DNA of 7,753 nucleotides from a virus (Duplodnaviria; Heunggongvirae; Uroviricota; Caudoviricetes): IMG/VR virus record IMGVR_UViG_648276647_000005, positions 1 to 7,753 of that record; one strand, 5' to 3'. Shown piece by piece: positions 6,232 to 7,753 of this stretch (position 1 is its first letter; each line of letters starts with the position of its first letter). The notes under the pieces were generated by a model. It saw only the letters and a program-made list of their open reading frames with translations, ran no database searches and was not told where the DNA came from. The position numbers and the translations under genes were made by a program.

Positions 6232-6387
6232 TTACTCCTCAGATTCGTAAGCTGTGAAGACAGCGACCTCCGTCTGGCCGGTTCGGATTCGTACCTCGCA
6301 GAGGTCTTTCCTCGTTACCAGTGCCGTCACTATGACGGTTAAACAGATGACGATCAGGGCGATTAACATCGCCTTTTGCTGCTTCAT
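6232..6387 (-). CDS. hok: Hok/Gef-family type I toxin (51 aa), closest to HokC/HokD by recollection
   Basis: MKQQKAMLIALIVICLTVIVTALVTRKDLCEVRIRTGQTEVAVFTAYESEE: single TM helix and conserved C-terminal periplasmic segment, nearly identical to HokD/RelF and HokC as I recall them. ATG at 6387..6385 with SD AAGGAG 9 nt upstream. Confidence 0.9.
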   Translation of the reverse strand: MKQQKAMLIALIVICLTVIVTALVTRKDLCEVRIRTGQTEVAVFTAYESEE

Positions 6388-6444
6388 AGCCTGCTTCTCC
6401 TTGCCTTTCGGCACGTAAGAGGCTAACCTACATTTGTGAGACAT
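6232..6444 (-). CDS. mok: mok-like in-frame leader ORF (70 codons) overlapping hok
   Basis: ATG at 6444..6442, in frame with hok and sharing its stop, giving a 70-codon ORF over a 51-codon hok. This is the same layout as chromosomal mokC/hokC. Confidence 0.55.
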   Translation of the reverse strand: MSHKCRLASYVPKGKEKQAMKQQKAMLIALIVICLTVIVTALVTRKDLCEVRIRTGQTEVAVFTAYESEE

Positions 6445-6510
6445 AGATTGGGCCTCAGATTAATGTTAAGCGTCCTGCAAGACGCGTAATGTTAACTGGG
6501 GCTTTTCTCT
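6440..6510 (+). ncRNA. sok: sok-like antisense RNA (predicted antitoxin RNA of the hok locus)
   Basis: Plus-strand segment antisense to the mok start region of the hok leader. Begins near ACATAGATTGGGCC and ends in GGGGCTTTTCTCT, resembling the 5' and 3' ends of plasmid R1 Sok RNA as recalled. Weak promoter-like TTGCCT-17-TAACCT at 6403..6432. Boundaries approximate. Confidence 0.45.
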
Positions 6511-6562
6511 ATCTGCCGTTGGTGTTCATGCCCGAGGCAGATAGCCTCAAGCACCCGCAGCA

Positions 6563-6591
6563 ATTCTACTTAACTCCTGTCACCTCGCCAA
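6563..6591 (-). promoter_or_regulatory. candidate hok mRNA promoter
   Basis: Minus-strand -35 TTGGCG (rc of 6586..6591), 17-nt spacer, -10 TAGAAT (rc of 6563..6568). Predicted start near 6556, where the leader begins GGGTGCTTGAGG. Confidence 0.5.
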
Positions 6592-6598
6592 TATGAAA

Positions 6599-6688
6599 TC
6601 AATCAGAAAGGTGATCCATAAGAACAATAACAAGACAATAAATTGCCATTATAGCCGCAATAGCCAGCGCACATTTCAGAACCAGCAC
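6599..6688 (-). CDS. candidate small hydrophobic peptide, 29 aa (MLVLKCALAIAAIMAIYCLVIVLMDHLSD), GTG start
   Basis: GTG at 6688..6686 preceded by GGGAGGT with a 4-nt spacer; an in-frame ATG at 6703..6701 would give 34 aa. Single predicted TM helix. Lies immediately upstream of the hok promoter. Below the track's length cut-off; sequence-only prediction. Confidence 0.3.
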   Translation of the reverse strand: MLVLKCALAIAAIMAIYCLVIVLMDHLSD

Positions 6689-6794
6689 GATGACCTCCCA
6701 CATTTGACGTACACGCGCACGATTCAATATGTGGCAACCTCTTCCTTGCTTCAATACAAAATCAGGTATTGTTGTATAACTATTTAACTAACTC

Positions 6795-6842
6795 ACGCCC
6801 CCACATCTCAGGCGCTCAACTTATGTGTGCGGGGCGTTTTTT
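6795..6842 (+). terminator. plus-strand intrinsic terminator-like hairpin with T6 tract (orphan)
   Basis: ACGCCCC (6795..6801) pairs with GGGGCGT (6831..6837) at the stem base around an imperfect upper stem/loop, followed by a T6 tract (6837..6842). The minus-strand version has an A-run upstream and a poor U-tract, so it is mainly plus-directed. No annotated plus-strand gene ends here. Confidence 0.45.
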
Positions 6843-6848
6843 AATACC

Positions 6849-6932
6849 TTACCCCCAGCGGCAAATCGAATACACCACCAGCGCCACCGCCATCGCAATT
6901 CCTACCGTGGTGAATGCCTCAGGCCAGGTCAT
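6849..6932 (-). CDS. candidate small membrane peptide, 27 aa (MTWPEAFTTVGIAMAVALVVYSICRWG), translationally coupled to the upstream gene
   Basis: ATG at 6932..6930 overlaps the stop of the 131-aa gene as ATGA. SD AGGAGGTG lies 5 nt upstream (rc of 6938..6945). Hydrophobic core consistent with one TM helix. Confidence 0.45.
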   Translation of the reverse strand: MTWPEAFTTVGIAMAVALVVYSICRWG

Positions 6933-7324
6933 CGATTCACCTCCTGCTCAATATTTTTAAGGTCATTTTCCGCATACAGTATTGCTGTCCTGGCTGCTCG
7001 TAACCGAGCTTTGGCGTTTTTCTCTTCACGTTCAAGTTTTGCCACAGCTTCACGAAGAGCATCCCGCTTTGCATAGAGTGATTTAATCTCAGACACTATG
7101 TTTTCACCGTTTCTCGCACGGTCGAGAACAAGCTCGAACGGATCTAAAGCCAATCCGCATCGGTTACAGGTAATCGTACGATTCACTTCTGAAATTGTTG
7201 TACGGATATGCTGACAGCATTTTTGCTCGCCGCTTTTTCTGTCGGTTATCACAACGTTGAGGAGTCCTTCCTCCTCTGATTTTGGCTGTACCAGGGTGAT
7301 AACATTGTCGACTTCATTTTTCAT
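6929..7324 (-). CDS. hypothetical phage protein, 131 aa, with putative zinc-ribbon (CC-x16-CxxC) and C-terminal coiled coil
   Basis: ATG at 7324..7322 overlapping the upstream stop (TGATG). Cys cluster CCQH ... CNRCG. C-terminal 60 aa is rich in heptad-like charged residues (KRDALREAVAKLEREEKNAKARLRAARTA). Confidence 0.8.
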   Translation of the reverse strand: MKNEVDNVITLVQPKSEEEGLLNVVITDRKSGEQKCCQHIRTTISEVNRTITCNRCGLALDPFELVLDRARNGENIVSEIKSLYAKRDALREAVAKLEREEKNAKARLRAARTAILYAENDLKNIEQEVNR

Positions 7325-7689
7325 CAGTTCACCTCCTGCGGTGGTTCCGGTAGCGGCATCCAGTGAGTTGCTTGCTCAATACCATTACCCGGCTTAATCG
7401 TTGCATCTCCGCGCCGAAAGGTGCTTCCGGTATAGCGTGCGGAGCATATTAGCGGTTCAACCAGAGAGCTATCGAAATTCACCGAAATAAGCACGTTCTG
7501 GCCCTTTTCAGGCATTCGATCACTACAGCTTATCCAACTATCCGGAGTTCCCGGAGAGTTGCCAGCCTTACGCATGGCAATCTCCACGATTTCAACCATA
7601 TCTCCTGGCAGAATTTTACAAAGCTGGCCAAAGCGCCTCTGCTGCCTGGCATACTCGAGGATGTGCTCCAGTTTGGTTCGATTAATCAT
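7324..7689 (-). CDS. DUF551-like phage protein, 121 aa
   Basis: ATG at 7689..7687 with SD GGGGGA about 7 nt upstream. Contains WISCSDRMPE and THWMPLPEPP, which match the conserved DUF551 signature as I recall it from lambdoid nin-region proteins. Confidence 0.75.
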   Translation of the reverse strand: MINRTKLEHILEYARQQRRFGQLCKILPGDMVEIVEIAMRKAGNSPGTPDSWISCSDRMPEKGQNVLISVNFDSSLVEPLICSARYTGSTFRRGDATIKPGNGIEQATHWMPLPEPPQEVN

Positions 7690-7701
7690 GATTTATCCCC
7701 C

Positions 7702-7753
7702 TTAAGCATGGCAGCGCGGCAGGCGTTCCAGCCTCTCACCTCTGCAATAGGCG
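7702..7753 (-). CDS. 3' end of an upstream minus-strand gene (partial, unidentified)
   Basis: Frame open from the right window edge to a TAA stop at 7704..7702 (...AYCRGERLERLPRCHA*), ending 13 nt upstream of the DUF551 start. Too short to identify. Confidence 0.3.
   Translation of the reverse strand, partial: AYCRGERLERLPRCHA

Noticed and set aside
6593-7076. Plus-strand ORFs 6593..6787, 6769..6960 and 6825..7076
   Set aside because: They are antisense to the small-peptide candidate, the 27-aa ORF and the Zn-ribbon gene, or run through the terminator hairpin; low-complexity composition.
1-7753. CRISPR arrays, tRNA/rRNA genes, IS elements or integrase and attachment sites
   Set aside because: No spaced direct repeats, cloverleaf-compatible segments, terminal inverted repeats or transposase/integrase-like ORFs were found by eye. 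The window appears to be internal to the prophage.

Overview
The window reads as the late region of a lambdoid (lambda-like) prophage from an enterobacterial host, probably Escherichia or Shigella. Almost all core genes are on the minus strand and are transcribed right to left: nin-region genes (DUF551 protein, Zn-ribbon/coiled-coil protein, 27-aa peptide), a hok/mok/sok-type type I toxin-antitoxin locus, an AT-rich island, a DUF1367-like gene, a YbcO-like gene, a Q-like antiterminator candidate, a short late-leader promoter/terminator region, an AT-rich membrane-protein moron, the lysis cassette (lambda-S-like holin with dual start, lambda-R-like endolysin, overlapped Rz/Rz1 spanins), then terminase small and large subunits. 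Two accessory loci are the best candidates for an undescribed function: (1) a reverse-oriented 184-aa moron at 899..1453 between the spanins and the terminase, whose C-terminal half carries an R / T-T-D-I-S / E-x-E motif series reminiscent of R-S-E-clade ADP-ribosyltransferases; (2) a 189-aa multi-TM protein at 3453..4022 in the classic Q-to-holin moron slot, with a convergent 53-aa gene. Family names are recalled from memory and motif inspection; no database search or alignment was run, so weak assignments are marked as such. No CRISPR array, rRNA or tRNA was seen. The supplied ORF track appears to use GTG/TTG as well as ATG starts and omits ORFs under 60 aa and the truncated ORF at the left edge.
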